From Geobacter sulfurreducens PCA (lineage in GTDB: Bacteria; Desulfobacterota; Desulfuromonadia; Geobacterales; Geobacteraceae), in assembly GCF_000007985.2 (NCBI RefSeq), contig NC_002939.5:1380001-1412000 (forward strand): a stretch of 32,000 nucleotides of DNA. Reading direction: 5' to 3'. The translations under genes were made by a program, and so were the position numbers. Shown in pieces: positions 1 through 9,171 of the stretch. Position 1 is the first letter of the stretch. Each line of letters begins with the position of its first letter. Below the pieces are notes generated by a model. The model made no database searches. It was not told the origin of the DNA and saw only the letters and a list, made by a program, of their open reading frames with translations.

Positions 1-860
1 TTGCTCCGGCAGGGGTCGCTGTAGCGCTTAGGGGCAGTGACGAGCGAGCGGAAGCGGGCATGGCTGAATCCCTTGACCGTGTGCGCCCGCAGGCTTCCCT
101 CTGCCAGTTCCTTGAGAACAAGACTCTTGGGTACGAATGCCAGATACGGCTCAGTCTTGACCGTCTGCACGATGAGACGTGGGTCGTCGAGACCGGTGAC
201 CGACCTGAAATCCTCAAGCACCTTGCCGAACCGGGCCAGGTTGGCGGCTAGCTGTTCGGTGCCGCTGCATCCCTCCTTTCTCATGATTACTGGCAGGTTA
301 AGCAACTGTGACAGGTCAGGCTCCGGCACGTCGAGTCCTGTTGCCGGGTTGCTGACAAAAATGATCTCGTCATTTGGCAGGGAAATTACGTCGTATGGCG
401 AAAGATCCAGCGGGGTGCAGTGCTCGATCACGATGATATTGAAATCCGTGTCGCGCAATCCCCTGACCGCTCCCTGGCTGGAGCCGAGAACACACCTAAA
501 ATCGATCTGTTCTGAATTTCTGAGAACAAAATCACGCACGAGCGCAGGGAGGAAGACGGTGCCGAAGCAGGGAGAGCAGCAGAAGGAAATGACCGTTTTG
601 GCGGGCAACAGTTTGAGAGCTCCCAGGAGTGCCAGCTCATGCTCGATGATTACCCGGGCCTTCTGGATGACCAGTTCTCCTGCAGCGGTCGGCACCAGAA
701 AGTTCCCCGCCCGGTCAATCAGCGTGTAGCCATACCTTCCTTCCAGAAGCTTGATTCGCTGGGATACCGCCGACTGGGTAATGCATAACCGTTCGGCCGC
801 CCGCGAAAAACTCCCCGTCTCCACTACCGCAAGCAGGGTCTTGAAGTAGACAGTTTCCAT
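1..860 (-). CDS. LysR-family transcriptional regulator, partial (C-terminus runs off the window, so it is absent from the ORF track)
   Basis: Reading the reverse complement from ATG at 860-858 gives METVYFKTLLAVVETGSFSRAAERLCITQSAVSQRIKLLEGRYGYTLIDR..., a canonical LysR N-terminal winged HTH. The frame stays open to the window edge (about 286 codons). The + strand track ORF 37..729 is its antisense shadow. Confidence 0.85.
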   Translation of the reverse strand, partial: METVYFKTLLAVVETGSFSRAAERLCITQSAVSQRIKLLEGRYGYTLIDRAGNFLVPTAAGELVIQKARVIIEHELALLGALKLLPAKTVISFCCSPCFGTVFLPALVRDFVLRNSEQIDFRCVLGSSQGAVRGLRDTDFNIIVIEHCTPLDLSPYDVISLPNDEIIFVSNPATGLDVPEPDLSQLLNLPVIMRKEGCSGTEQLAANLARFGKVLEDFRSVTGLDDPRLIVQTVKTEPYLAFVPKSLVLKELAEGSLRAHTVKGFSHARFRSLVTAPKRYSDPCRS

Positions 861-875
861 AGGTATTAACCTTGA

Positions 876-887
876 AATAAATTTATT
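876..887. promoter_or_regulatory. 12-bp perfect palindrome AATAAATTTATT upstream of the LysR start (candidate LysR-type autoregulatory box)
   Basis: Positions 876-887 are self-complementary. They sit 16 nt upstream of the LysR ATG inside an AT-rich island (about 861-905) in an otherwise GC-rich window. A regulatory function is inference. Confidence 0.3.
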
Positions 888-969
888 AAATTTTTTTACA
901 AAATGCGTGCCGAAAGTGGTTGTTGACGCTGAATGATCTCAGGTGAGGGGTGGGAGGGGAAGAGTGATG

Positions 970-1000
970 AAAAAGGGATGGGACCGGAAAGTCCCATCCC
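970..1000 (-). terminator. Rho-independent terminator of the LVIVD-repeat gene
   Basis: On the minus strand the sequence reads GGGATGGGAC-tttccg-GTCCCATCCC followed by TTTTT. That is a 10-bp perfect stem (975-984 / 991-1000) starting 17 nt after the stop codon at 1017-1019. Confidence 0.85.
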
Positions 1001-1016
1001 TGGCAGGTGAGGCAAC

Positions 1017-4000
1017 TTACTTGAAGAACACCAGGCCGCCTGAACCGTCGGCCGCGAAAAGCCGGCCGTTAGCGATGGTCACGTCGGTACACTCGTTCAC
1101 CGTGGGTGCTACGTCCTTGAGCACCGGCGCTGTCGGGTCGGTCCAATCGATCTTGAGAAGTCCGGCCTCGGCGAATGCCACGTAGAATATCAGCTTTCCG
1201 CTTACCTGGGTAAAGGTCATCTTAACGGCGCCGCCGGCCCAGTCCTCATAGCCAGGTACGAGCTGGAGCTTGAAGCGGCTCGCGGCTACGGGACGATAAT
1301 CATAGACAAGCCTGCCGGTCTGGCTCTTTTTCCAGACATCCGTGGGTGATATGCCCGACGGCAACGGCGCAATCAGGTCGGCGATCCGGTAACAGACCAC
1401 GCCGAAGCTGTCGTAGGAGAAGAAGGCGTGGCTTCCCGCCACCTTTACGTCCACCGCCTGGCCATCGGCGGCACCGACTTTTCCGTCCTCCAGCTTGATG
1501 GGCTCGAAGACTTTAACAAGGCTCATGTTCTTCACGTCAGTTATGTCCACGACACCTACGCCCCTCGGCCCAGCGGCCACGAAGGCGTAAGATTTCCCCG
1601 TTGCTGAGTCGGTCCAGAGGGCGATGCCCGAGGCAGTGCCCAGAGGCGGACGCTCCTTGCCGGCGCCGATGTTGGCCACCAGGAAGCCGCTGGCGGCAGT
1701 GGAAGGGTCCTTGGTGACGTCATACACAGTGATACCGTTGGAACCGTCGGCCGTGAAGGCATAGTTGCCGCGCAGTTCCACATCGTAGGCGTGATCCTGG
1801 TACTGAACCGGTTTGACCGTTCCCCACTCGGCATTGTGCTCGAAGCAGTCGGAGAGGGAGAGCGGCAACAGGAGCGGTGCACCCACCCGTCCGAGATCAG
1901 CCTCCACGCCGGCTACTTTCACCCGGCGGAGCCCGAGGCTGGAGCTGCCGGACCAGGCAACGTGGTTGACCGGATCAAAGACCACGTTGGAGGCGTGGGA
2001 GGCCGGGTAGATCTTCACACCGTTAACGACCTCGGGATACTCGTCAGCCAGGGTGTTGGCCACCAGGTGGATGTCGTCGGTGGGGTAGCCCGCATCGTCG
2101 GTGATCCGCCAGGCGGAGACTCCGTGGGGGCCGTCGGCCACGTAGACGTAGCGGTCAGATGCGCTGATGCCGGCCGAGTGGCCGATGGAGATGGTCTGCC
2201 CCGCCGTGCTGTCGGCTTTGGCTCCGATTTCGTCGGTGGTTGGGATATAAACCGGAATGGCATATCGGTCTGACATGGCGGGAGCCCGGAGGTTGATCAG
2301 GTCGATGAAGTTGAAACCACCGGCACCGGCGCACTCCAGCAGGTCGATGTTCCCCGCCGCATCAGTGGCCATGGTGTCCATGAGCAGAAGCCGGTTGCCG
2401 TGGCCGTTGATCTCGGCGGTTACCAGCAGGCAGGGGGCCTGGTACATCCACTTGGGCATCGACTCGTTGTCCAGCGGGTCATAGGGGGACATGTCGAAGG
2501 AGGTGACAAACTCCGTGTCGGGCCAGTGATCGCCGGGGATGCCGTTGGTGTCGTTGTTGAACGGACCGCCTGCCTGCTTCCAGTGCTGATCGGGAATGTC
2601 GGCGCCGTCGATGATCATGAGCCCCGCGAAGTGGTCCGTCAGGTAGGCACGGGTGCCGCGGATCTTCACGTCCACAATCCCCGACTCCTTCAGCATACCG
2701 GCCCCGTAGTAAGGGAGAATGCTCCGGGATCTGGTGCCTGTGGGCTCTTTGGGGCCGTTGGCCGGCACTGCCGGGATGTAGCCCAGGTAGCGGCCGTTCA
2801 GGAATGTGGCTGGGGTCGCGGTTTCGAAGCCGGTGATGTCAACGGCGACGAGTCCACCAAGGGAGTAAGCGATGTAGGCGATGGTCCGGCCGTTGAATGT
2901 TGCGAAATCGACGCCCTGGGCCTTGTAGTAGAACTTGCCGTAGCGGTCGAAGTCGGCCCATGGGGTAGAAGCGGCAACGTCTTTTTTCATGACCTGAAGA
3001 ATCTCGAAGCTGGTCTGCCGGAAGTCGGGCATGCCGGTGAACGAGTCGACGAAGGGCTCGCCCGTGGCCGGATCTTTGGCAACCGTCTGCCGTACGTCCA
3101 TATCCGCGAACCAGTCTTCCTTCATCATGGTATCGGTGTACAGGTTATAGCGGCCCACCTGCTCGAGGGTCACCGGGTCGAAGATGCCGAGCCCCAGTTC
3201 CTTGAGAAGGGCGAATAGTTTGCCTCCGTGGAGCTTTAGGTCCACGGGGCGGCCCCAGGGGTTCTCCCCCGCATACTGGAGGGTGAAGACCTCGTGATCA
3301 ATGAGAAGAGTCCCGTCGGGCTCCAGTACCGGTCCGCCGGAAGCCAGCAGGTTCGTCAGGGCCGTGCGGTGGATGCCGAAATCGTTGTCGGCGATGTAGA
3401 GGGTGACGCCGTCGGTGACCAGCGCCGCTACCGCCCCCTTGACCCCCGAGACTTCCTGGCCGGTCAGGATGGAGCCCCCTCCTTCAGTAAAGCTGAGGCC
3501 GCCCCGGTAGTAGTTGATGCGTGCCGTGGCGGTTCTGGTCATGGCGGACGGGTCGGTTACGTCTACCACTATGATTCCTTCACTGCCGGCGGAGATGAGG
3601 GCGTAGGTGAGGCCGTTGTGGGCAACGATGTCGATATCGTTGACGAAGCCCGGCAGGTGGATGGAGTAAACAGGCCCCTTGGTCATGCCGATGGGGGTGG
3701 CGCAGAGCTTGTTGCCAATGTTGAACAGACTCCATTCGACCCCGTTGACCGCATACTTCTGTACGGCGGTAGTGGAGCCGCCGACTTGGACATCGGGGCC
3801 CAGGACCGGTTCCATGTCGGCCGGCTCGATGAAGGCCGACACGTCGCGGCTGGCTGGGACGCCGTTTTCGCCGCTCACGGTCAAACGGAAGACGAGCTCG
3901 GTGTCCACCGCCACGTTCAGACTGCTCACATCCGCCGTTGCCGAGCGGGCCGATGCCGGTGACAGGGGGACTCTGGGACCCTTGACCTGCGTCCAGGAAT

Positions 4001-4442
4001 AGCTGGTCGGCGTACCACTGACCGAGGCCGTGAGAGTTATGCTCGAAGCGGTCCGTTCAACCAGGTTCCGGGGCATGGCCCCCAGATTTTCAACGGCGGC
4101 TCCTGCAAGGGGGGCAAGAGCGATGTTGAGGGTGGTCGACCTGCCCTCCGTAATGGTGATGCCGGTCTTGGAGAATGCCTTGAATCCTTGGGCGGTACAG
4201 GTGACGGCATAGGTCCCGCCGGGCAGAGCCAGGCGATAGCCCCCCGAGGAGTCGGTGACCGCCGAACGGGTGCCCACCGTCCCGGTTGCCGAAACCGTGG
4301 CTCCCGCGATGGCTGCCGTCGAGGCCGAGTTGGCGACCTTGCCCGTAAGCGTCCCGTCCGCTGCGTTGCAGACGGCTGCTGCCAGCAGGAGCAGCAGGGC
4401 AATAAAGCTGAATGTGATAATCGATCGATCTGTATTTTTCAT
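1017..4442 (-). CDS. Large secreted protein: signal peptide, carboxypeptidase-regulatory-like (CarboxypepD_reg) domain, Ig/PKD-like domain, then multiple LVIVD beta-propeller repeats
   Basis: - Track ORF 1017..4460. I start it at the internal ATG 4442 (MKNTDRSIITFSFIALLLLLAAAVCNA), which is preceded by AAGGAGG at about 7 nt.
- N-terminus: GTLTGKV..GATVSATG..TDSSGGYRLALPGGTYAVTCTAQGFK is CarboxypepD_reg-like.
- SYSWTQVKGPRVPL...LVFRLTVSGENG is Ig/PKD-like.
- Recurrent GIIVVDVTDP, GLVAVDITG, GITVYDVTKDP, GVGVVDITD and GLLKIDWTDP match the LVIVD repeat pattern. Confidence 0.85.
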   Translation of the reverse strand: MKNTDRSIITFSFIALLLLLAAAVCNAADGTLTGKVANSASTAAIAGATVSATGTVGTRSAVTDSSGGYRLALPGGTYAVTCTAQGFKAFSKTGITITEGRSTTLNIALAPLAGAAVENLGAMPRNLVERTASSITLTASVSGTPTSYSWTQVKGPRVPLSPASARSATADVSSLNVAVDTELVFRLTVSGENGVPASRDVSAFIEPADMEPVLGPDVQVGGSTTAVQKYAVNGVEWSLFNIGNKLCATPIGMTKGPVYSIHLPGFVNDIDIVAHNGLTYALISAGSEGIIVVDVTDPSAMTRTATARINYYRGGLSFTEGGGSILTGQEVSGVKGAVAALVTDGVTLYIADNDFGIHRTALTNLLASGGPVLEPDGTLLIDHEVFTLQYAGENPWGRPVDLKLHGGKLFALLKELGLGIFDPVTLEQVGRYNLYTDTMMKEDWFADMDVRQTVAKDPATGEPFVDSFTGMPDFRQTSFEILQVMKKDVAASTPWADFDRYGKFYYKAQGVDFATFNGRTIAYIAYSLGGLVAVDITGFETATPATFLNGRYLGYIPAVPANGPKEPTGTRSRSILPYYGAGMLKESGIVDVKIRGTRAYLTDHFAGLMIIDGADIPDQHWKQAGGPFNNDTNGIPGDHWPDTEFVTSFDMSPYDPLDNESMPKWMYQAPCLLVTAEINGHGNRLLLMDTMATDAAGNIDLLECAGAGGFNFIDLINLRAPAMSDRYAIPVYIPTTDEIGAKADSTAGQTISIGHSAGISASDRYVYVADGPHGVSAWRITDDAGYPTDDIHLVANTLADEYPEVVNGVKIYPASHASNVVFDPVNHVAWSGSSSLGLRRVKVAGVEADLGRVGAPLLLPLSLSDCFEHNAEWGTVKPVQYQDHAYDVELRGNYAFTADGSNGITVYDVTKDPSTAASGFLVANIGAGKERPPLGTASGIALWTDSATGKSYAFVAAGPRGVGVVDITDVKNMSLVKVFEPIKLEDGKVGAADGQAVDVKVAGSHAFFSYDSFGVVCYRIADLIAPLPSGISPTDVWKKSQTGRLVYDYRPVAASRFKLQLVPGYEDWAGGAVKMTFTQVSGKLIFYVAFAEAGLLKIDWTDPTAPVLKDVAPTVNECTDVTIANGRLFAADGSGGLVFFK

Positions 4443-4834
4443 TGTGCCTCCTTGTTGCATGGGCGGGTTGTGCCGTCTGCTCCGTGCCTTTTCTTTCCCC
4501 CTTCCCTTGGATAACGGCCCGATTTATCCTCTGGAGCAACCCGCGATGGTTGTCGCTGACACTCTTCCGTGTCCCCTGCAGTGTAATGGTTGAATATTTA
4601 AAAAATCAAATGAAAAATTTTAATTAAATTTAGTGAGAATGCTGTGGTGATGGTCCCGATTAGCCAGTGAGATCAGGGGGATGATGCCGTCGGCATCCTG
4701 CGAAGGGGCATAAGGAGCTCTAATGGAGAGCAAGCAGACTTGTCCGCAGAGGGTCTTTCGGGGGGCAGTATGCGGGGCGGGAGCAGATACGCTGCGCGCA
4801 TGGGGAAATTCTGATTTCATGAGGCAAAACGATC

Positions 4835-4863
4835 TTGACTCCCGGTGGGGTCAGTGATAAATT
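4835..4863 (+). promoter_or_regulatory. Candidate sigma70 promoter of the pyr operon (TTGACT-N17-TAAATT with TG extension)
   Basis: TTGACT lies at 4835-4840. TAAATT lies at 4858-4863, preceded by TGa at 4855-4857. The site is about 170 nt upstream of the pyrR start. This is sequence pattern only. Confidence 0.35.
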
Positions 4864-4953
4864 CGTTGAAATTTTTCTCGTCCCTTTTAATTTAGCCCCG
4901 TGAGGTTAGCAAAGGTGATGAAGATAGTGTCGCATTATGGTCACTACTCCACG

Positions 4954-4990
4954 AGCCTTTCCGCCTATAGTCCGCGGGAGGGCTTTTTTT
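4954..4990 (+). terminator. Leader terminator/attenuator hairpin upstream of pyrR, with a PyrR-box-like purine-rich segment
   Basis: AGCCTTTCCGC (4954-4964) pairs with GCGGGAGGGCT (4974-4984): 11 bp including 2 G-U pairs, with loop CTATAGTCC. The 3' arm runs straight into a T7 run (4984-4990). The hairpin ends 43 nt upstream of the pyrR GTG. AGTCCGCGGGAGGGCT resembles the RUCCAGAGAGGCU PyrR binding loop. Confidence 0.6.
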
Positions 4991-5012
4991 GTGGGATGCA
5001 CGCGGCCGGTGA

Positions 5013-5567
<555 letters not shown>

Positions 5568-5602
5568 ACAGGGACGAGACGCAGCGAACAACTACCATTA
5601 CC

Positions 5603-5619
5603 TGCCCGCGACGCGGGCA
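5603..5619 (+). other. GC-rich 8-1-8 palindrome / stable hairpin in the pyrR-pyrB spacer
   Basis: TGCCCGCG-A-CGCGGGCA is read directly. It lies 13 nt upstream of the pyrB ATG, just 5' of the GGGGGAA SD. No T-run follows it. Confidence 0.4.
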
Positions 5620-5632
5620 AACGGGGGGAACG

Positions 5633-6568
5633 ATGGGGTTCAAGCATAAGGATATCATCGGGTTGCAGGATCTGACCCGGGAGGAAATTCAGCTCCTCCT
5701 CGACACGGCCGACAACATGAAGGAGATCAACTCCCGCGACATCAAGAAGGTGCCGACCCTGCGCGGCAAGACCGTGGTGAACGTCTTCTACGAGGCATCC
5801 ACCCGGACCCGGACCTCCTTCGAGATTGCGGCCAAGCGCCTTTCCGCCGATACGATCAACATCTCGGCCTCCACCAGTTCCGTGACCAAGGGGGAGACCC
5901 TTTCCGATACGGCCCGAAACATCCTGGCCATGAAGCCCGACATCATCGTCATGCGCCACGCCGCTTCGGGCGCTCACCACTATCTGGCCCAGCGGGTCTC
6001 CTGCTCGGTGATCAATGCCGGCGACGGCGCCCATGAGCACCCCTCCCAGGGGCTTCTGGACATGCTGACCATGCGCCAGAAGTTCGGAACGATCGAAGGG
6101 CTCACGGTGGCCATCGTGGGTGACATCACCCACAGCCGCGTGGCCCGCTCCGACATCTTCGGCCTCACTAAAATGGGGGCGCATGTCCGTCTCGCCGGCC
6201 CACCGACCATGATGCCCCCGGGCATCGAGCGCCTCGGCAACGTGACCGTCTGCCGCGACATGCGTGAGGCCATCGAGGGGGTCGATGTGGTGATGATGCT
6301 CCGCATCCAGCTTGAGCGCCAGGGCAAGACCCTGTTGCCGACCCTGCGTGAGTATGCCCGCTACTACGGCCTCAATCCCCAGAACCTGAAGTTGGCCAAG
6401 CCCGGCGCCATGGTCATGCACCCGGGCCCCATCAACCGGGGGGTGGAGCTTTCCTCCTACGTGGCGGACAGCGACCAGTCCGCGATTCTCACCCAGGTCG
6501 AGAACGGCGTGGCCGTGAGGATGGCGATGTTGTACCACGTGAGCGGCGGTGAGCTGGCCACCGAGTGA
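5633..6568 (+). CDS. pyrB: Aspartate carbamoyltransferase catalytic subunit
   Basis: The track ORF starts at 5564. I use ATG 5633 ([19 protein letters not shown]), which has a GGGGGAA SD. Motifs present: STRTRTSFE (carbamoyl-phosphate binding), HEHPSQ and HPGP. Confidence 0.95.
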   Translation: MGFKHKDIIGLQDLTREEIQLLLDTADNMKEINSRDIKKVPTLRGKTVVNVFYEASTRTRTSFEIAAKRLSADTINISASTSSVTKGETLSDTARNILAMKPDIIVMRHAASGAHHYLAQRVSCSVINAGDGAHEHPSQGLLDMLTMRQKFGTIEGLTVAIVGDITHSRVARSDIFGLTKMGAHVRLAGPPTMMPPGIERLGNVTVCRDMREAIEGVDVVMMLRIQLERQGKTLLPTLREYARYYGLNPQNLKLAKPGAMVMHPGPINRGVELSSYVADSDQSAILTQVENGVAVRMAMLYHVSGGELATE

Positions 6569-6619
6569 GCCGGCTGTTCGGGATACTTTAACCAACCGAG
6601 ATTCGTGAGGGGTGATGAT

Positions 6620-7897
6620 ATGAACCTGCTGATAAAAGGTGGGAGGGTGATTGACCCGTCCCAGGGAATTGACGAAGTTCTGGATATCCTCGTGGAGAAT
6701 GGCGCAATCAAGGAACTCGGCAAGGGACTCGCGGCTCCGGCCGGGGCCGGGGTCGTGGACGCCGCCGGCCTGATCGTCACGCCGGGCCTCATTGATATGC
6801 ATGTGCACCTGCGGGACCCGGGGCTCGAGTACAAGGAAGATATCGTAACAGGCACCAGGGCGGCTGCGGCCGGCGGCTTCACGTCGGTGGCCTGCATGCC
6901 CAACACCAAGCCGGTGAACGACAACAAGGCCGTGACCAGCTACATCGTCGCCAAGGCCAAGGCCGAGGGGCTCGTCAACGTCTTCCCCGTGGGGTCCATT
7001 ACTCAGGGGAGCAAGGGGGATGCCCTGGCCGAGATGGGGGACCTGAAGGAAGCAGGCTGCGTGGCGGTTTCCGACGACGGCCGGCCCGTGACCAGTTCCG
7101 AGCTCATGCGCCGGGCCCTGGAGTACGCCAAGGGAATGGGAATCATGGTCATCTCCCATGCCGAGGATCTCTCCCTGGTGGGCGAGGGGGTCATGAACGA
7201 GGGCTTCGTCTCCACGGAGCTGGGGCTCAAGGGAATACCCTGGGCCGCCGAGGACGCTGCCACCGCCCGTGACGTGTACCTGGCCGAGTTCACCAACTCG
7301 CCGCTCCACATCGCCCACGTCTCCACAATGGGGTCATTGCGGATCATCCGTAACGCCAAGGCCCGCGGCGTGAAGGTTACCTGCGAGACGGCGCCCCACT
7401 ACTTCAGCCTCACCGACGATGCAGTGCGCGGCTACAACACCAATGCCAAGATGAATCCGCCGCTCCGTACGGCCGATGATCTGGCCGCGGTCAAAGAGGC
7501 CCTGAAGGACGGCACCATCGACGCCATCGCCACCGACCACGCCCCCCACCATCTGGATGAGAAGGACGTGGAGTTCAACGTGGCTTTGAACGGCATCATC
7601 GGCCTGGAAACCTCCCTGCCGCTGTCGCTGAAGCTGGTGGAGGAGGGAGTGTTGACCCTGCCGGCACTGGTTGAGAAGATGGCGTGCAACCCGGCCGCGA
7701 TTCTCGGCATTGACCGGGGCACGCTCCGGCAAGGCGCGGTTGCCGACATCACGGTTATTGATCCGGCGGCCGTCTGGACGGTGGAGGCCGGTGCGCTCGC
7801 CAGCAAGTCCAAGAACTCACCCTTCCTCGGCTGGGAGATGAAAGGTGCCGCGGCATACACCATCGTCGGCGGCACGGTGGTCCACAGCAGAGGATGA
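6620..7897 (+). CDS. pyrC: Dihydroorotase (amidohydrolase family)
   Basis: ATG 6620 ([13 protein letters not shown]) follows a GAGGGG SD; the track start 6605 is an upstream GTG. Motifs present: [10 protein letters not shown] (HxH metal site) and DHAPH. Confidence 0.95.
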   Translation: MNLLIKGGRVIDPSQGIDEVLDILVENGAIKELGKGLAAPAGAGVVDAAGLIVTPGLIDMHVHLRDPGLEYKEDIVTGTRAAAAGGFTSVACMPNTKPVNDNKAVTSYIVAKAKAEGLVNVFPVGSITQGSKGDALAEMGDLKEAGCVAVSDDGRPVTSSELMRRALEYAKGMGIMVISHAEDLSLVGEGVMNEGFVSTELGLKGIPWAAEDAATARDVYLAEFTNSPLHIAHVSTMGSLRIIRNAKARGVKVTCETAPHYFSLTDDAVRGYNTNAKMNPPLRTADDLAAVKEALKDGTIDAIATDHAPHHLDEKDVEFNVALNGIIGLETSLPLSLKLVEEGVLTLPALVEKMACNPAAILGIDRGTLRQGAVADITVIDPAAVWTVEAGALASKSKNSPFLGWEMKGAAAYTIVGGTVVHSRG

Positions 7898-7900
7898 AAT

Positions 7901-7953
7901 CCGGGCGCGCCGCTTGCCGCGCCCGTTGAAGAGCGGAACCGGGCGCGGCAAGC
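7901..7953 (+). other. Mutually exclusive GC-rich hairpins in the pyrC-carA spacer
   Basis: GCTTGCCGCGCCCG (7912-7925) is perfectly complementary to CGGGCGCGGCAAGC (7940-7953), a 14-bp stem. Its 3' half, CGCGCCCG, can instead pair with CGGGCGCG at 7902-7909. CCGGGCGCG occurs as a direct repeat at 7901-7909 and 7939-7947. No T-run follows. Confidence 0.5.
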
Positions 7954-7987
7954 AGCGCCCTTACGCACAATACACAGGAGCATGTTC

Positions 7988-9112
7988 ATGAAAGCAGTCC
8001 TAGCGCTCGCCGATGGGCGCGTCTTTGAAGGGAAATCATTCGGTGCCACCGGCGAGGCCGTCGGCGAGGTGGTCTTCAACACCGCCATGACCGGCTACCA
8101 GGAGGTCCTGACCGATCCTTCCTACCGTGGGCAAATGGTCACCATGACCTATACCCAGATCGGCAACACCGGCATCAACCCGGAGGACATCGAGAGCAAG
8201 CAGCTCTACCTGTCGGGCTTCATCGTCAAGGAATACCACGATTGCTACTCCAACTGGCGTGCCACCATGAGCCTCGACGCCTATCTCAAGGAGAACGGCG
8301 TGGTCGGCATACAGGGGCTCGATACCCGGGCCCTTACCCGGCACCTGCGGGACAAGGGAGCCCAGAACGGTGTCATCTCCACCGTGGATTCGGACCACGA
8401 AAGCCTGGTGAAAAAGGCCCGTGCCGTGCCGAGCATGGCCGGCCTCGACCTGGCGACCGGCGTCTCCTGCGACAAGCCCTACCACTGGACCGAGAAGCTC
8501 TGGGACCTGGAGGCCGGGTACACCGCCGCAACACCTGACGAGCTGAAGTACAAGGTGGTGGCCTACGATTTCGGCATCAAGTACAACATCCTCCGCTGCC
8601 TCGTGTCGGCCGGCTGCGACGTGACCGTGGTGCCCGCAACCTTCCCGGCCGACGAGGCCCTGGCCATGAACCCGGACGGCATTTTCCTCAGCAACGGCCC
8701 CGGTGACCCGGAGCCCATGACCGCCGTCATCGAGAACATCAGGAAGTTCGTGGGCAAGAAGCCCATCTTCGGCATCTGCCTCGGTCACCAGCTCCTGGGC
8801 CTGGCCCTGGGGGGGCAGACCATGAAGCTCAAGTTCGGCAACCACGGCTCCAACCTCCCGGTCATGGACCTGGACACCCGCAGGGTGGAGATCACTGCCC
8901 AGAACCACGGCTTCTCGGTGGATATCGTCTCGCTCGGCCACGCCTGCGAGCTGGCCCACGAGAACCTGAACGACCAGACCGTTGAAGGGATGAAGCACAA
9001 AGACCTCCCGATCTTTTCGGTCCAGCACCACCCCGAGGCATCGCCCGGCCCCCACGATTCCCACTACCTGTTCGGGCGCTTCGTGGAGTTGATGGAGAAG
9101 GAAAAGGCATAG
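7988..9112 (+). CDS. carA: Carbamoyl-phosphate synthase small (glutaminase) subunit
   Basis: MKAVLALADGRVFEGKSFGA.. is a typical CarA N-terminus. The catalytic Cys motif GICLGHQLL and the motif HHPE are present. ATG 7988 has better spacing to the CAGGAG SD than ATG 7982. Confidence 0.95.
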   Translation: MKAVLALADGRVFEGKSFGATGEAVGEVVFNTAMTGYQEVLTDPSYRGQMVTMTYTQIGNTGINPEDIESKQLYLSGFIVKEYHDCYSNWRATMSLDAYLKENGVVGIQGLDTRALTRHLRDKGAQNGVISTVDSDHESLVKKARAVPSMAGLDLATGVSCDKPYHWTEKLWDLEAGYTAATPDELKYKVVAYDFGIKYNILRCLVSAGCDVTVVPATFPADEALAMNPDGIFLSNGPGDPEPMTAVIENIRKFVGKKPIFGICLGHQLLGLALGGQTMKLKFGNHGSNLPVMDLDTRRVEITAQNHGFSVDIVSLGHACELAHENLNDQTVEGMKHKDLPIFSVQHHPEASPGPHDSHYLFGRFVELMEKEKA

Positions 9113-9140
9113 GGGTGGAGCTGGTTTCGCCCACGAGCGA

Positions 9141-9161
9141 GGGCGATCATAAGGATCGCCC
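9141..9161 (+). other. 8-bp perfect hairpin between carA and the radical SAM gene
   Basis: GGGCGATC-ataag-GATCGCCC is read directly. It suggests that 9113-9171 is non-coding, which favours the ATG 9172 start for the next gene. Confidence 0.4.
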
Positions 9162-9171
9162 CTACGGAACC

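Noticed and set aside
37-729. 230-aa + strand ORF at the left edge, plus nested ORFs 60..251 and 428..640.
   Set aside because: It is antisense to a clear LysR-family reading frame (wHTH motif, open from 860 to the window edge). Its product is Ser/Arg/Thr-rich with no recognisable motif.
4443-4640. c-di-GMP/cGAMP (GEMM-type) riboswitch in the leader of the LVIVD gene. Such riboswitches are common in Geobacter upstream of surface proteins.
   Set aside because: I could not find the conserved GEMM features (GCAAA-type tetraloop-receptor segments, ACGCACAGGGCAAACC-like core) on the minus strand, only short generic hairpins. A covariance-model scan would be needed to be certain.
8036-9064. 342-aa minus-strand ORF inside carA. 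Similar cases are 11622..12836 in carB, 23361..24590 in the MCP-like gene, 13711..14475 over greA, 16403..17407 over cbiO and 29747..30658 over the NarL regulator.
   Set aside because: All are antisense to genes with strong family signatures. They show the biased Gly/Arg/His/Asp composition expected from reverse-reading GC3-rich codons.
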